From: Bacteroidota bacterium | Lineage (GTDB): Bacteria > Bacteroidota > Bacteroidia > Palsa-948 | Assembly: GCA_016195025.1 (NCBI GenBank) | Contig: JACQAL010000036.1 | Span: 19,411 to 83,410 of the forward strand | Direction of reading: 5' to 3' | DNA: 64,000 nt | Shown: piece by piece, positions 37,220 through 48,139 of the stretch | Layout: each line of letters starts with the position of its first letter | Numbering within the stretch: the first letter of the stretch is position 1 | The notes under the pieces: model-generated | Databases searched by the model: none | Told to the model about the DNA's origin: nothing | The model's input: only the letters and a program-made list of their open reading frames with translations | Translations under genes and position numbers: made by a program

Positions 37220-39294
37220 CTTCTCTGCTTTTTTTCCGATTTTACTTCGTAAATTATTTTCACCAGAATTTCTCTCGATGGTCCAGGCAGCGGGGCATGA
37301 TAGCCGTTGTAGGGCTGAATGAATTTATATTTCGAATCAAGAATATCGTAACATCCTGCGCCAACTGTTAATCCCTTCACGCCAAAATTTCCGACATTGA
37401 TAAAAAAATTTGCAAGAAGAATTGATGGAAATTTTTCGAGAACAGAATTTTCTGCGCTGTCAATAGTAGAATAACCGTAACGCGCTCCTATGTAAGAAAG
37501 AGTGGTAGAAATTCCAAAATGTTTTCCCGCCTTGAACCACGCGCTTACATTTGCTTTATGCGAGGGAAAAGAAAGCAGCATATCAAAATGCCCGGGCACA
37601 GAATAGTCGGCAATTTTCTTTTTTTGTGAAACGGTATAAAAGGAATAATTGGCAATCAGATATCCCCATTTATCCCGCACCCGGTATTCAAGTTCCATGC
37701 CTGTGCTTCCGGCTTCTCCGTAATTTTTATAGTTGTCGGTGTAGAGGGAATCATTGAAATAATATACGATGGGATTTTTTGTGGTGATGTCAAAAACATT
37801 TGCTGTGAAAAGTGATTTGCGCGTGAGTTGGTAGCCAATTTCAAATTCTTTTACCGAAGTGTATTCCGGTTTGATTGAATCATGCCCGAGATTTATATTT
37901 TCAATAGATGGAGCCCTGAATGAATTGCTGTAAAGCAATTTAAAATGAAACCGGTTTATTTTTTTTGTAAGGCCGATTCGCGGGGCAAAAGCAGAACCAT
38001 AATCGCTATGAATATCGTAGCGCGCTCCCAGAATAAAATTTACAAACCGGGTTTTTGCCAGGCATTGAAGAAAGTATGCCTGATTAAAATAACTGACTGT
38101 TTTTTTTCCGTTGTAAAATTTTCCGCTGTCGCTTTGGTCAACTGCTTTTTCGGAATATGCTTCAACTCCTGCAATGAAATTTATTTTACGGGTGAGATTA
38201 TAGGAGGCAGTAATATTTCCGGTGAAACGCTGTGCTGCCTTGTTGTAATTTTCTGCAAGCGTATCAATGTTGGTAATAGTTTGCCAGGGAGTTTGACTTT
38301 TTATATTCAACTTTGGCGTGATGGTTAATTTTTTTTTCTTTCCGGCAACTGCAGCATATTTCAATTCAAAAAAATGTGATTTAAAATCCAGCGGATAAGC
38401 AAAAGTTTTTATGGAATCATACGAATCGCGCGTAGTGGTTTGATACAAATCCAAAATCCACCGCGCGCTGAATCCCTTATACGCCATTCCGGCATTGATG
38501 TGTGTGGGATTTAGTTGGGAATTCCCCGTCATGTTGTAACTGTTTCCATACAGGTCAGAATAATTTTGATCACTCCGGTTCGCGCTCCCGACAAAAGCGC
38601 CAATAGTAAACTCAAAATCTTTTTTTATTTTTCCGGCAGAGAGATTAAAATTTCTTCTGCCCGTTGCGCTTTCCATCTGCCCGTAAGTTCCCGTTAGTGA
38701 AATGCCCGGCAAATCAACTGCGCTTTTAGTAATGATGTTAATCACTCCGTATTCCGCGAAGCCACCATAGATGGCAGAGCCCGGACCGCGCATCACTTCA
38801 ATTTTTTTTATCTGGTCAACCGGAAAATGATTTCCGAATTGATTGGTGGCGAAAAGAAGTTCATTCATTTCCTGCCCATCGAGCAGTACGAGCATTTTTC
38901 CTTCGTGCGCCCACAATCCGCGCGTGCCAAGTCCCACCACGCCTTCCACATCCACACCGAAATCAATTCCGGGAACCAAACGCAACACGTCAATTAAATC
39001 TCGCGCGCCTGAGTTACGAATTTCCTCATCAGTAATAAGGGTAACAATTCCGGGTGACTCGCGCGCGGTGAGTGGTTTTTTTGATGCAGCAAGAATGAGC
39101 TGATTGATGAGTTCTTCCAGTTCGGAAGGAACACCGTGAGCTTTCAGCGTGAGCAATTGCTCCAGCGACATTTCAAAATAATCGAACGTGTCTTTTGGAA
39201 GAACAGTCGGCTGAAAATTTTGCTGTGAGAATCCTTCGACTTCGCTCAGGATAACAAATGAAAGAGAAAATAAAAAAGAAAAAAATAGTTTCAT
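37216..39294 (-). CDS. TonB-dependent outer-membrane receptor
   Basis: Plug-domain motif MRGPGSAIYGGFAEYGVINIITK, beta-barrel body, terminal aromatic. Confidence 0.8.
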   Translation of the reverse strand: MKLFFSFLFSLSFVILSEVEGFSQQNFQPTVLPKDTFDYFEMSLEQLLTLKAHGVPSELEELINQLILAASKKPLTARESPGIVTLITDEEIRNSGARDLIDVLRLVPGIDFGVDVEGVVGLGTRGLWAHEGKMLVLLDGQEMNELLFATNQFGNHFPVDQIKKIEVMRGPGSAIYGGFAEYGVINIITKSAVDLPGISLTGTYGQMESATGRRNFNLSAGKIKKDFEFTIGAFVGSANRSDQNYSDLYGNSYNMTGNSQLNPTHINAGMAYKGFSARWILDLYQTTTRDSYDSIKTFAYPLDFKSHFFELKYAAVAGKKKKLTITPKLNIKSQTPWQTITNIDTLAENYNKAAQRFTGNITASYNLTRKINFIAGVEAYSEKAVDQSDSGKFYNGKKTVSYFNQAYFLQCLAKTRFVNFILGARYDIHSDYGSAFAPRIGLTKKINRFHFKLLYSNSFRAPSIENINLGHDSIKPEYTSVKEFEIGYQLTRKSLFTANVFDITTKNPIVYYFNDSLYTDNYKNYGEAGSTGMELEYRVRDKWGYLIANYSFYTVSQKKKIADYSVPGHFDMLLSFPSHKANVSAWFKAGKHFGISTTLSYIGARYGYSTIDSAENSVLEKFPSILLANFFINVGNFGVKGLTVGAGCYDILDSKYKFIQPYNGYHAPLPGPSREILVKIIYEVKSEKKQRR

Positions 39295-39371
39295 GGGGAA
39301 TCAAAAATAGAAATTAAAACGCAAAATGTTTAACTGGCACGAAAAATGAAATCAACAATCGTAAAATGAAA

Positions 39372-40112
39372 TTATTCTGTTTCTTTCAGCGTGAGCGAAG
39401 CGAGAATCCAGAGAATGAAAATGTAACCGCCAAGTATAGCAAAGTCCGCATAAGTTGAACTTAAATCGTAATCCGGTTTGATGATTTCGTGAATGATATT
39501 TACTGCGTAGTGGAGCGGAAGACAATCTCCAACAATTTCTGCCCATTTTGGAAGTCCGCTCGGGTCAACAATTAATCCTGTGAGAAATACGGAAGGAAGA
39601 ACAATCAGAGGAATGAATGGGAACACATGTCCTTCATGTTTTGCAAACGTGGAAACAAAAATTCCTAACATGACAGAAACAATTGCCAGCAGCCAGATGA
39701 CAATGAAAAGCATAACGACTGTTTTCGTTTCGTAATCTAATTCAAACAGCCAGATGGTTTCGAAAAGAACTGCCGTTGCCTGCAAAGTTGCCAGCCCGAA
39801 ATAGCCAAGCGTGTATCCTCCAATGATGGACATTTTTGAAAATCCCCCAATCATCATTCGTTCAAGCGTTCCGCGTGTTCTTTCCTGTACCAAAAGAATA
39901 GCGCAGAGAATAAAACTTAGGAAATGCACTATGAACGCGCTCATGGGAATTGTAAAGCTGGTATAAGAAATAAAAGGGTTGGCAGGAAATGTGTCGAATA
40001 AAAGTTTAAGCAAGTAAATAATGATGAGCGGGGCAATGATGGAGAGGGCTAAAAATCTTTTGTCGCCTTTCAATTGGCTGAGTACTCGTCCCGCTATGAT
40101 AAATGTGTTCAT
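39372..40112 (-). CDS. ABC-2 type transporter permease
   Basis: Six TM helices. Translationally coupled to the ATPase upstream (overlap at 40112/40113). Confidence 0.7.
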   Translation of the reverse strand: MNTFIIAGRVLSQLKGDKRFLALSIIAPLIIIYLLKLLFDTFPANPFISYTSFTIPMSAFIVHFLSFILCAILLVQERTRGTLERMMIGGFSKMSIIGGYTLGYFGLATLQATAVLFETIWLFELDYETKTVVMLFIVIWLLAIVSVMLGIFVSTFAKHEGHVFPFIPLIVLPSVFLTGLIVDPSGLPKWAEIVGDCLPLHYAVNIIHEIIKPDYDLSSTYADFAILGGYIFILWILASLTLKETE

Positions 40113-40973
40113 TTATTTTTTTTCGCTTTCTTCTTTTTCTCTTACAATCGCAAGAATAATATCTTCAATATTATCTGAATGGAGTTCAATGGATGAAATA
40201 TTTTTCTCTAATCCGAACTTTTTCAATTCATTTGCCAAACTTTCCGGAGTAGATTCAATAATTGATTCTTTTGTTTCATTTCCCGAATGGATTTTCATTT
40301 TTGTTTTTCCCCGCTCTAATATTTTCTGCGGAGTGTCCACTGCAAGAATTTCCCCGTTGCGCAGAATGGTGACTTTGTCGCAGAGCATTGCTTCATCCAT
40401 CAAATGTGTGCTGATAAAAAGCGTAACTCCTTTGTCGGCAAGTTTGCGGAATAAAATCCAGGATTGCATTTTCAGGTGAGGGTCAACTGCGGCAGTCGGC
40501 TCGTCCAGGAAAAGAATTTTCGGGTCATGCACCAGCGCACAGCAGAGCGAAACTCTTTTTTTCATTCCGCCAGAAAAAGTTCCGACTTTATCATTTGCCC
40601 GAGAAGTCAGTTCAGCGAAAGAAATAATTTCATCTGTTTTCTTTTTTAAATCCGAAACATTCTGCGCTTTGCCGAAAAATAAAATATTATTTTTTGCGGA
40701 AAGGTCATCGTACAGTGCAGGACTTTGCGGCATATAGCCGATTTGCTTTCGGAGTTTCCATTTGTCTTTGAGCGGGTCAAGCCCTAAAACTTTTGAGGAG
40801 CCATCAGTTGGTCGAAGCGAACCAACCAGCGCTTTTATCAGCGTAGTTTTTCCTGCGCCATTCGGTCCAACCAATCCATAAATAGTTCCTTCGGGAACAT
40901 CGAGGTTGACATTATTAAGCGCGCGGAGTTTTCCGTAGGATTTTGAAAGGCTTTTTATCTCGACTGCGTTCAC
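40113..40973 (-). CDS. ABC transporter ATP-binding protein
   Basis: Walker A GPNGAGKTT, an ABC signature and Walker B. Confidence 0.85.
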   Translation of the reverse strand: MNAVEIKSLSKSYGKLRALNNVNLDVPEGTIYGLVGPNGAGKTTLIKALVGSLRPTDGSSKVLGLDPLKDKWKLRKQIGYMPQSPALYDDLSAKNNILFFGKAQNVSDLKKKTDEIISFAELTSRANDKVGTFSGGMKKRVSLCCALVHDPKILFLDEPTAAVDPHLKMQSWILFRKLADKGVTLFISTHLMDEAMLCDKVTILRNGEILAVDTPQKILERGKTKMKIHSGNETKESIIESTPESLANELKKFGLEKNISSIELHSDNIEDIILAIVREKEESEKK

Positions 40974-40988
40974 GTTGTAAAAATAAAA

Positions 40989-43900
40989 TTATTTGCCGAC
41001 TAATTTTTTCAATCCGGTTTTCCAATTAGAAGCAATCAGGTACATTACGGGAACAAGAATCAATGTCAAAAATGTAGCAAACCCTAAACCAAAAATCATT
41101 GTCCACGAAAGAGGTCCCCAGAATGCAACGCTGTCTCCGCCAAAAAATAAATGCGGATTTAATTTTGTAAAGAGAGTTACGAAATCAATGTTCAGTCCCA
41201 CAGCTAACGGAATCAATCCGAGAATAGTTGCAGACGCAGTGAGAATTACCGGAGTCATTCTCGTTCTTCCCGCTTCGATGATTGCCTCGCGCACAGGCAT
41301 TCCCTGTTCTATCATCAGGTCTGTAAATTCTACGAGAAGAATTCCGTTCCGCACTACGATTCCTGCGAGCGCAACAATTCCGATTCCTGTCATCACGATA
41401 GACATATCCATTTTGAATATTGAAACCCCCAGCAAAACCCCGATTACACTGAAGAAAATTTCTGTGAGAATGATAAAGGGTTTGCTGACAGAATTAAATT
41501 GCAGGACAAGAATTAAAATAATAAGTCCTATGGAAGTGAGAAGCGCGCCACCGAGGAACGAAGCAGTTTCCTTTTGTTCTTCCTGTTCCCCTGCCATTAT
41601 AATGGAAACTCCATCGGGCGCTTTGAATTTGTTTACTTCCTTTTGCATTTTCGCTACCACTTCGTTCGGATTAAAATTGCTAAGAACATTCGAGCCAAGG
41701 GTGATAATGCGTTTCTGATTTTTTCTTTTTATTCCCGAAAAAGTATTTTCATAGCGGATATCTGCAAAAGCGGAAAGCGGAACCTGGCGAATCATTCCGT
41801 TCATTGCCATGTCGCGGTAAACGATGGTGAGATTTTTAAGCGCGTCAATATTATTTCTTTGCTCGGAAAGATAACGAACCTGAATCGGGTATTCATCTTC
41901 CAAATCTCGGAACTTGGATGTTCTGTCCAAACCAAAAACGGCCTTTCTGATTTCAGAAGCAATTTGTCCTACAGAAATTCCTTCGCGGTTGGCACGCTCG
42001 CGGTTGATGTCAAAAACAATTTCCGGTTTGTTATCCTGGAAATCAGATTTTAATTCTTCCACGCCATCAATATGAATTGAATCGAGATAATGTTTTAATT
42101 TTTTTGACGACTTCATTAAATCTTTCAAATCATCTCCGGTGATTTCAATTGAAATCGGTTTGGATGTCGGAGGTCCCGCGCGTTCCTGGTCAACTGTAAT
42201 TTCTGCTCCGGCAATTCCCCGCACAGCCGCGCGAACTTTATCAAGATAAGCAGAAGTAGATTCTCCGTTTCTTTCCGCATAAGGAACAAAAGCGATTTGC
42301 AGTTTTCCTTTATTAGGATATGGACTTTGATCTTCATCCTGCGGATCGGTAACGCTGATAGTCACGTTTGTGATAATAGATTGCACGATTGGATTTTGTT
42401 TTCCACCGGGATAAACAACATTGTTCACGCGCTTCTCCACATCTTTCATCACTTCGTTCGTGTAGGCAGGATCTGTGCCGATGGGAAGAGAAACATATAC
42501 GAAAACAAAATTCGGCTGCCCTTTCGGAAAGAAAACAACTTTTGGAGAACGAACCATCATAAGTACAATGGAGAAAATAAAAATTCCAACGGTTGCGAAC
42601 ATTGTTTTCCATGGATTGTTCAACGCGCGTGAAAGAAAACGTTTATATCGCTCGGTAGCTGCAGGCCAGACTTTTTCCTGGAATTTTTTCACCCAGTTCT
42701 CTATAAAAAATCTATAAAGTAAATTCAGAGCGAGCATGAGAATGAGAAAGTTTCCCATTCCGATATTTCTTCCGAGATAAAATAATAACGCCAGAACGAT
42801 AAAAATTATCGAAGTGATTTTCGCTCCGCGTGTCCATTTCGATTTATTGTGTTCGTTTTCATCGTGCGGTTTCATAAATCTCACAGCGAAAACAGGATTA
42901 ATAATATACGCAACGAGAAGCGAAGCCATTAATGTTATGATGAGCGTGATAGGAAGGAAAAACATAAATTTTCCGATAACACCTTTCCAGAATGCGAGCG
43001 GAATAAATGGCGCGAGCGTAGTCAGAGTTCCTGAAAGTACGGGAAGAAAAACTTCTCCGGCTGCCATCTTAGCAGCTTCTTTGATATTTCTTTTTCCGTT
43101 TCTGAAAATGCGGTGAGTATTTTCAATGACCACAATTGCGTCATCCACCACAATTCCCAGAGCAAGCAAAAACGCAAAGAGCACAATCATATTCATTGTG
43201 AAACCAATGCTCGGCATAATCAGGAACGCGATGAACATGGAAAGCGGAACGGACATCGCTACGAAAATTGCGTTGGTCGCGCCCATAAAAAACATGAGGA
43301 TGATTGTTACGAGAATAAATCCTATGACAATTGTATTTATCAAATCATGAAGTGTAATACGCGTTCTGTCAGATTGGTCGCCTGTGAGAACAATATTTAA
43401 ATCTTTCGGAAAATCTTTTTCTTTCATCTCATCTACGATGTTTCGGATTTTGTCGCTCGCTTCAATCAGATTAAATCCTGCGCGTTTCACCACGCTGAGC
43501 GTTATTACATTTTTTCCACCGAGCCGCGCAAAACTTTCCTGCTCGTGAAAAGTGTCTTTCACTTCAGCAATGTCTTTCAGATAAATCGCAGCGCCTGTAG
43601 GAGATTTTATAATAAGATTCTTTAATTCATCAATGGTCTTGAATTCTTTTTTCACATTGAGTGTGCGTTGCATGCCTTCCATTTTCACTGTTCCTCCGGA
43701 CATATTCAGGTTTTCAGAACCGACCGCGCGTTCAATATCTCCGAGAGAAATCTGCGCTGCCTGAGTTTTGTACATGTTAACATTAATTTGAATTTCTCTG
43801 TTGAGTGCGCCAATCAAATCCACTCGCGTGATTTCTTTCATCTCCTCAATTTTATCTTTGAGTTTGTCTGCGTATTTTTTCAGTTTGTTCAAATCAAAAT

Positions 43901-44360
43901 CTCCGGAAAGATTCACGAACATAATCGGGAGTTCGGAAAAATTAATATCAATTACGTTAGGTTCGTGCGGCAAATCATTCGGTAAATCAGATTTTGCTTT
44001 GTCCACTCCGTCTTTCACTTTTTGTTTCGCTATGGCAATATTTACATCTGTGCTGAACTCTACAATCACATTTGAATAATCCTGGAAAGAATTGCTGGTG
44101 ATTTTTTTCACACCAGAAATAGATTTCATTTGCTTTTCAATTGGTTTAGTCACCAGGTTTTCCATATTAGCAGGTGAAGTGCCGGGATAAACGGTGCTCA
44201 CATAAATTTTCGGCAGAACAATTTCCGGAAAACTTTCCTTCGGAATATTATTGTAAGCGAAAATTCCTGCCAACGTAATAATTACCGTGAGCACAAAAAC
44301 AGTCGTGCGGTTATTTATCGCCCATGTGCTTGGTTTAAATTCTTTATTGAGGTCTTCCAT
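40989..44360 (-). CDS. RND efflux permease (AcrB/CzcA superfamily, 1123 aa)
   Basis: Twelve TM segments, two large periplasmic loops, and family-wide similarity. Confidence 0.85.
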   Translation of the reverse strand: MEDLNKEFKPSTWAINNRTTVFVLTVIITLAGIFAYNNIPKESFPEIVLPKIYVSTVYPGTSPANMENLVTKPIEKQMKSISGVKKITSNSFQDYSNVIVEFSTDVNIAIAKQKVKDGVDKAKSDLPNDLPHEPNVIDINFSELPIMFVNLSGDFDLNKLKKYADKLKDKIEEMKEITRVDLIGALNREIQINVNMYKTQAAQISLGDIERAVGSENLNMSGGTVKMEGMQRTLNVKKEFKTIDELKNLIIKSPTGAAIYLKDIAEVKDTFHEQESFARLGGKNVITLSVVKRAGFNLIEASDKIRNIVDEMKEKDFPKDLNIVLTGDQSDRTRITLHDLINTIVIGFILVTIILMFFMGATNAIFVAMSVPLSMFIAFLIMPSIGFTMNMIVLFAFLLALGIVVDDAIVVIENTHRIFRNGKRNIKEAAKMAAGEVFLPVLSGTLTTLAPFIPLAFWKGVIGKFMFFLPITLIITLMASLLVAYIINPVFAVRFMKPHDENEHNKSKWTRGAKITSIIFIVLALLFYLGRNIGMGNFLILMLALNLLYRFFIENWVKKFQEKVWPAATERYKRFLSRALNNPWKTMFATVGIFIFSIVLMMVRSPKVVFFPKGQPNFVFVYVSLPIGTDPAYTNEVMKDVEKRVNNVVYPGGKQNPIVQSIITNVTISVTDPQDEDQSPYPNKGKLQIAFVPYAERNGESTSAYLDKVRAAVRGIAGAEITVDQERAGPPTSKPISIEITGDDLKDLMKSSKKLKHYLDSIHIDGVEELKSDFQDNKPEIVFDINRERANREGISVGQIASEIRKAVFGLDRTSKFRDLEDEYPIQVRYLSEQRNNIDALKNLTIVYRDMAMNGMIRQVPLSAFADIRYENTFSGIKRKNQKRIITLGSNVLSNFNPNEVVAKMQKEVNKFKAPDGVSIIMAGEQEEQKETASFLGGALLTSIGLIILILVLQFNSVSKPFIILTEIFFSVIGVLLGVSIFKMDMSIVMTGIGIVALAGIVVRNGILLVEFTDLMIEQGMPVREAIIEAGRTRMTPVILTASATILGLIPLAVGLNIDFVTLFTKLNPHLFFGGDSVAFWGPLSWTMIFGLGFATFLTLILVPVMYLIASNWKTGLKKLVGK

Positions 44361-44369
44361 AAAATTTTC

Positions 44370-45611
44370 TTACACAGGTTTTATTGCGTGAACTTTTTTA
44401 GTAACAAATTGATTTATCATATACATCATCATTACGGTAATTATCATAGCGCCAATCACTACGTAGCCAAGCGTGTCGTAATGCAAAATTTTTCCATTCG
44501 GCATTTGCACTACAATTAATCCTGCAACAGCCGAAGCAATTCCTCCGGAGATTTGCTGAATGGAAGCGTTGACGCTCATAAATGCTCCTCTGTCTTGCGC
44601 ATCGGGAATTGCAGTCATCAGCGCAGAAGCAGGAATGATGCGGGACAAAACTCCAACGAAAAGCAAAACACTTAGGACGACAACAATCCAAAGCGGGGTG
44701 ATGCCGAGGTTGCAATAAATGGCGACTATAATCATTGTAAGAAGCGTTCCCGCTATAAACACATTGAACTTTCCGATTTTGTCGCTCAATCTTCCTGCGA
44801 GCGGGCCAGCTCCAATTGAAAAAATTCCGGTGATCATATATAATAAAGGAAGCTGGTCAAGAGTGATTCCGAGATTGTTCACCGAGAATGCGCTGCCGAA
44901 AGGCATCATCATAAATCCTCCTGTGGCGAGAAGAACGGTTGCGGCAAACGCGCGGAGATAATCTGTTCGCAAAATTGTTTTGTACAAATGCACAAAAGCA
45001 TTCCGGTCAAGTTTCTTTTTTAAATGCTCATCAATTGGTTGCAGATAAAAAAGAATTATGATTCCAATAATAATTCCTAAACCTACAATCATAATGAACG
45101 GTGAATGCCATCCGAAATGATTCGCGAGAAATAATCCGATAGGAAGTCCGAGCACTTGGCTTGCGGAAAATCCCATTTGTACAAAACCCATCACACGCCC
45201 GCGTTTTTCTAATTCAAATAAATCGGTGATGATAGCTGCACCGATTGAACCAATAACTCCGCCAAACATTCCGGTGATGATTCTCGCGCCTAGAAGAAAA
45301 GAATAATTGGGAGCGATTCCGCAGAGAAAAGTTCCAATGAGAAATCCGCTGTAGAAAAACACCAAAAGTTTTTTCCGGTCGAATTTATCCGCAAAACCTG
45401 CAGTGAGCAATCCTGAAATTCCCGCGCTGAAAGCGTAAGCAGAAACTGCAAAACCAAATTGAGTTGTAGTGATGTGCAGAATGGGCAGGAGAATTGCGCT
45501 GAGCGGAGCCATCACCATAAAATCTAAAATTACGGTGAATTGTCCGAGCGTAAGTATCGCAATGACGAATGCCTGGTACTTTGTAAATTTTTTTAAGCTG
45601 CGTGTTTCCAT
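44370..45611 (-). CDS. MFS transporter (12 TM)
   Basis: MFS motif A GFADKFDRKKLL between TM2 and TM3. Confidence 0.8.
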   Translation of the reverse strand: METRSLKKFTKYQAFVIAILTLGQFTVILDFMVMAPLSAILLPILHITTTQFGFAVSAYAFSAGISGLLTAGFADKFDRKKLLVFFYSGFLIGTFLCGIAPNYSFLLGARIITGMFGGVIGSIGAAIITDLFELEKRGRVMGFVQMGFSASQVLGLPIGLFLANHFGWHSPFIMIVGLGIIIGIIILFYLQPIDEHLKKKLDRNAFVHLYKTILRTDYLRAFAATVLLATGGFMMMPFGSAFSVNNLGITLDQLPLLYMITGIFSIGAGPLAGRLSDKIGKFNVFIAGTLLTMIIVAIYCNLGITPLWIVVVLSVLLFVGVLSRIIPASALMTAIPDAQDRGAFMSVNASIQQISGGIASAVAGLIVVQMPNGKILHYDTLGYVVIGAMIITVMMMYMINQFVTKKVHAIKPV

Positions 45612-45612
45612 T

Positions 45613-46731
45613 TTAGAACTTTATTTCTTCTCCTTCGTTTAATTCCTGGAATCCTTTCGTGATTAATTTATCTCCTTCTTTTAATCCTTCAACGATTTCA
45701 GAATTTCCATTGTATGTTTTTCCAACCTTCACCCGAACTTTTTTTGCTTTGTTTGCATCTGCAACAAAAACAAAATCTCCTTCTTCCGCATGCTGCACAA
45801 CACTTACGGGAGCGATGAACGCTTTTGGATTTGAGTAGTCAATAATTTTTACAACCGCCACCATGTTCGGGTGATAATCTTTTTTATTGTCGAGATTAAT
45901 ATTCACCGTGAAAGTTCTGTTCAATGGAGAAATAACTTTTGCTGCGTAAGAAATTTTTGTTTTTACCGTGTCATTCATGTCAGGAAAAATTATTTCCACA
46001 TCGTTTCCGTTTTTAATTTTTGCCGCATAAGATTCCGCCACCTCTGCTTTCACTTTCAAACTATTCATGTTCACCACGCGAATGGCGGGAAGCCCGGGCA
46101 TGGTTGCTTGCCCGAGTTTAATATCTACTGCATCCACGGTTCCGTCAATCGGAGATTTTATTTTTGTCATTTCAATTTGCTGTTGCAAACTCGCCAATTT
46201 TTTTTCCAAACTTTCTTTTTGATTTTTTGCCTGCAAGTATTGTAACTCGGTTCCGATTTTTTGTTCCCAAAGATTTTTTTGCTTTTCATACATTGTGTTT
46301 GCAAGTTCGAGCCCGCTTTGCAATTCTGCAAGACCTTGCTGCATTGCTTTTGAATCCAGTTCTGCCATCACTTGCCCGCTGTGAACTTCGTCACCCGCTT
46401 TCACATTTATTTTTGAAACAGTTCCTCCCATCTCTGCGTTCACGGAAACATTTTCATCCGCATCTACTTTTCCCTGCACATCAATATAATTATTGAATGT
46501 GCGCGGAACAAGTGCAGTCAACTCAACAGTTTTCGATTTTTCATTTTTCGAAGTGTCATTCTTTGCAATTTCTATTTCCAGTTTGGAGATTTCTCCCTGA
46601 ACGGAAGCCATTACTTTTTTTAAACTATCCAGCTTATGAGTTTTTGTGTCTTTGGATTCATTTTTATTTCCTCCGCAAGCAGAAAAAAATAAAATTGTTC
46701 CGATAAGAATTTTGATTGAGATTTTTTTCAT
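45613..46731 (-). CDS. efflux periplasmic adaptor (membrane fusion protein, HlyD/AcrA family)
   Basis: Lipoprotein signal, coiled coil, and beta-barrel/lipoyl-like domains. Confidence 0.8.
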   Translation of the reverse strand: MKKISIKILIGTILFFSACGGNKNESKDTKTHKLDSLKKVMASVQGEISKLEIEIAKNDTSKNEKSKTVELTALVPRTFNNYIDVQGKVDADENVSVNAEMGGTVSKINVKAGDEVHSGQVMAELDSKAMQQGLAELQSGLELANTMYEKQKNLWEQKIGTELQYLQAKNQKESLEKKLASLQQQIEMTKIKSPIDGTVDAVDIKLGQATMPGLPAIRVVNMNSLKVKAEVAESYAAKIKNGNDVEIIFPDMNDTVKTKISYAAKVISPLNRTFTVNINLDNKKDYHPNMVAVVKIIDYSNPKAFIAPVSVVQHAEEGDFVFVADANKAKKVRVKVGKTYNGNSEIVEGLKEGDKLITKGFQELNEGEEIKF

Positions 46732-46748
46732 AAAAAAAATTTCTTCTT

Positions 46749-48137
46749 TTATTTTATTGTTCCTGTTGCTTTATCGTAATCTACTTTTGAAATCAAGGCA
46801 TCATACAAAGCGTTATAGTAATTTGTTTGCGCTTCGGTGAGCGATGTTTGCGCAGTCATCACTTCGAGGTTTGAGCCAACGCCCTGTTCGTATTTTATTT
46901 TGGTTGTTTTGTAAACCGATTCAGCGAGCTCGATATTTTTTTTCTGAGTTTCAAGCGAAGCGGCAGCATTCTGCAGGTTAATTTTTGCCGATGAAATTTC
47001 CAGATCAATTCCCTGCTGAATCATCTTCAGATTATTTTCTGCTTTCAGTAAATCTATTTTTGATTGCTGAATTCGGTAATGATTCTGGAAGCCGTCAAAA
47101 ATCCCAACGTTGATTCGCGCTCCGACAATTATGGTTGGGTACCATCCTTTTTTCGTATCAAAAAAATCAAACTTGGTGCGGTAAGCATTTGCGCTTGCAC
47201 TTCCGAAAAGAGCTGCACTGGGCAAATAGCGCATCCTGTTTCTTTTCAGATTTAATTGTGAAACGTTTTTCTGAGTTTGCAGAAGAGAGTATTCAATTCT
47301 TTTTCCGTAATCACATTTATCGGAAGAAATTTCAGGAGCAAATTTTATATCTGAAAGTTTGTCGCTAAGCGAAAGAGCTGCCATTTGATCCATTCCAATC
47401 TGAAATTTCAGCAAGGCAATTCCCAACTGCTGAAGGCGCTGTATTTTTTCTTTCTCCACTAAAAGGTTATTATAGGTAACCGTGATTCTGTCCAAATCAA
47501 TTTTTTCCGCAACTCCGTTTTCATTCAGCGCTTTTGTAGTTTCCATCAGGGTTTTTATACGCGCAATGTTTGCGTCAACGAGTTTTGTCCGCTCATCATT
47601 CACAAGCACGGAGTAATATGCTTTCGTTACAGAAACCGAAACATCAATCTTGGTTCGCTGTGTTGCTTTGCGCGAAAGTTCCAGGTAAGTTTTTGCTGCT
47701 TGCAAGCCGACTAAATAATCGCTGTTGAAAACAAGTTGAGTTGCATCAATTCCTGCAGAAGAAGAATACGGCAATCCGAATTTCACCGCCATGTATGCAT
47801 CAGAAGGCGCAAAAGGATTAAATGCTTTTGCGGGAATCACCGTTGTGGGAATTTCCAGAAAATCATTTGCCGTTACACTTCCATTTACCTGCGGCAAACC
47901 GATGCCTCTTGTTTCTCTTACTTTCATTTTTGCGCTTTGTTCATCGTAGGCAGCATTCTGCACCTGCGTTTGATTTTTCATAGCGAAATCAATTGCCTGC
48001 TGAAGCGAGAAAGAATATTTTTTGGTGTCTCTTTGATTTTGTGAGAAAGAAAAATTGCAAAGAGAGGAAAAGAAAACTGCTGTTACAATTTGTAATTTGT
48101 TCCCGATAGCTATCGGGATTGTAATTTGTAATTTCAT
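46749..48137 (-). CDS. TolC-family outer-membrane efflux protein
   Basis: Signal peptide and the duplicated TolC repeat pattern. Confidence 0.8.
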   Translation of the reverse strand: MKLQITIPIAIGNKLQIVTAVFFSSLCNFSFSQNQRDTKKYSFSLQQAIDFAMKNQTQVQNAAYDEQSAKMKVRETRGIGLPQVNGSVTANDFLEIPTTVIPAKAFNPFAPSDAYMAVKFGLPYSSSAGIDATQLVFNSDYLVGLQAAKTYLELSRKATQRTKIDVSVSVTKAYYSVLVNDERTKLVDANIARIKTLMETTKALNENGVAEKIDLDRITVTYNNLLVEKEKIQRLQQLGIALLKFQIGMDQMAALSLSDKLSDIKFAPEISSDKCDYGKRIEYSLLQTQKNVSQLNLKRNRMRYLPSAALFGSASANAYRTKFDFFDTKKGWYPTIIVGARINVGIFDGFQNHYRIQQSKIDLLKAENNLKMIQQGIDLEISSAKINLQNAAASLETQKKNIELAESVYKTTKIKYEQGVGSNLEVMTAQTSLTEAQTNYYNALYDALISKVDYDKATGTIK

Positions 48138-48139
48138 AA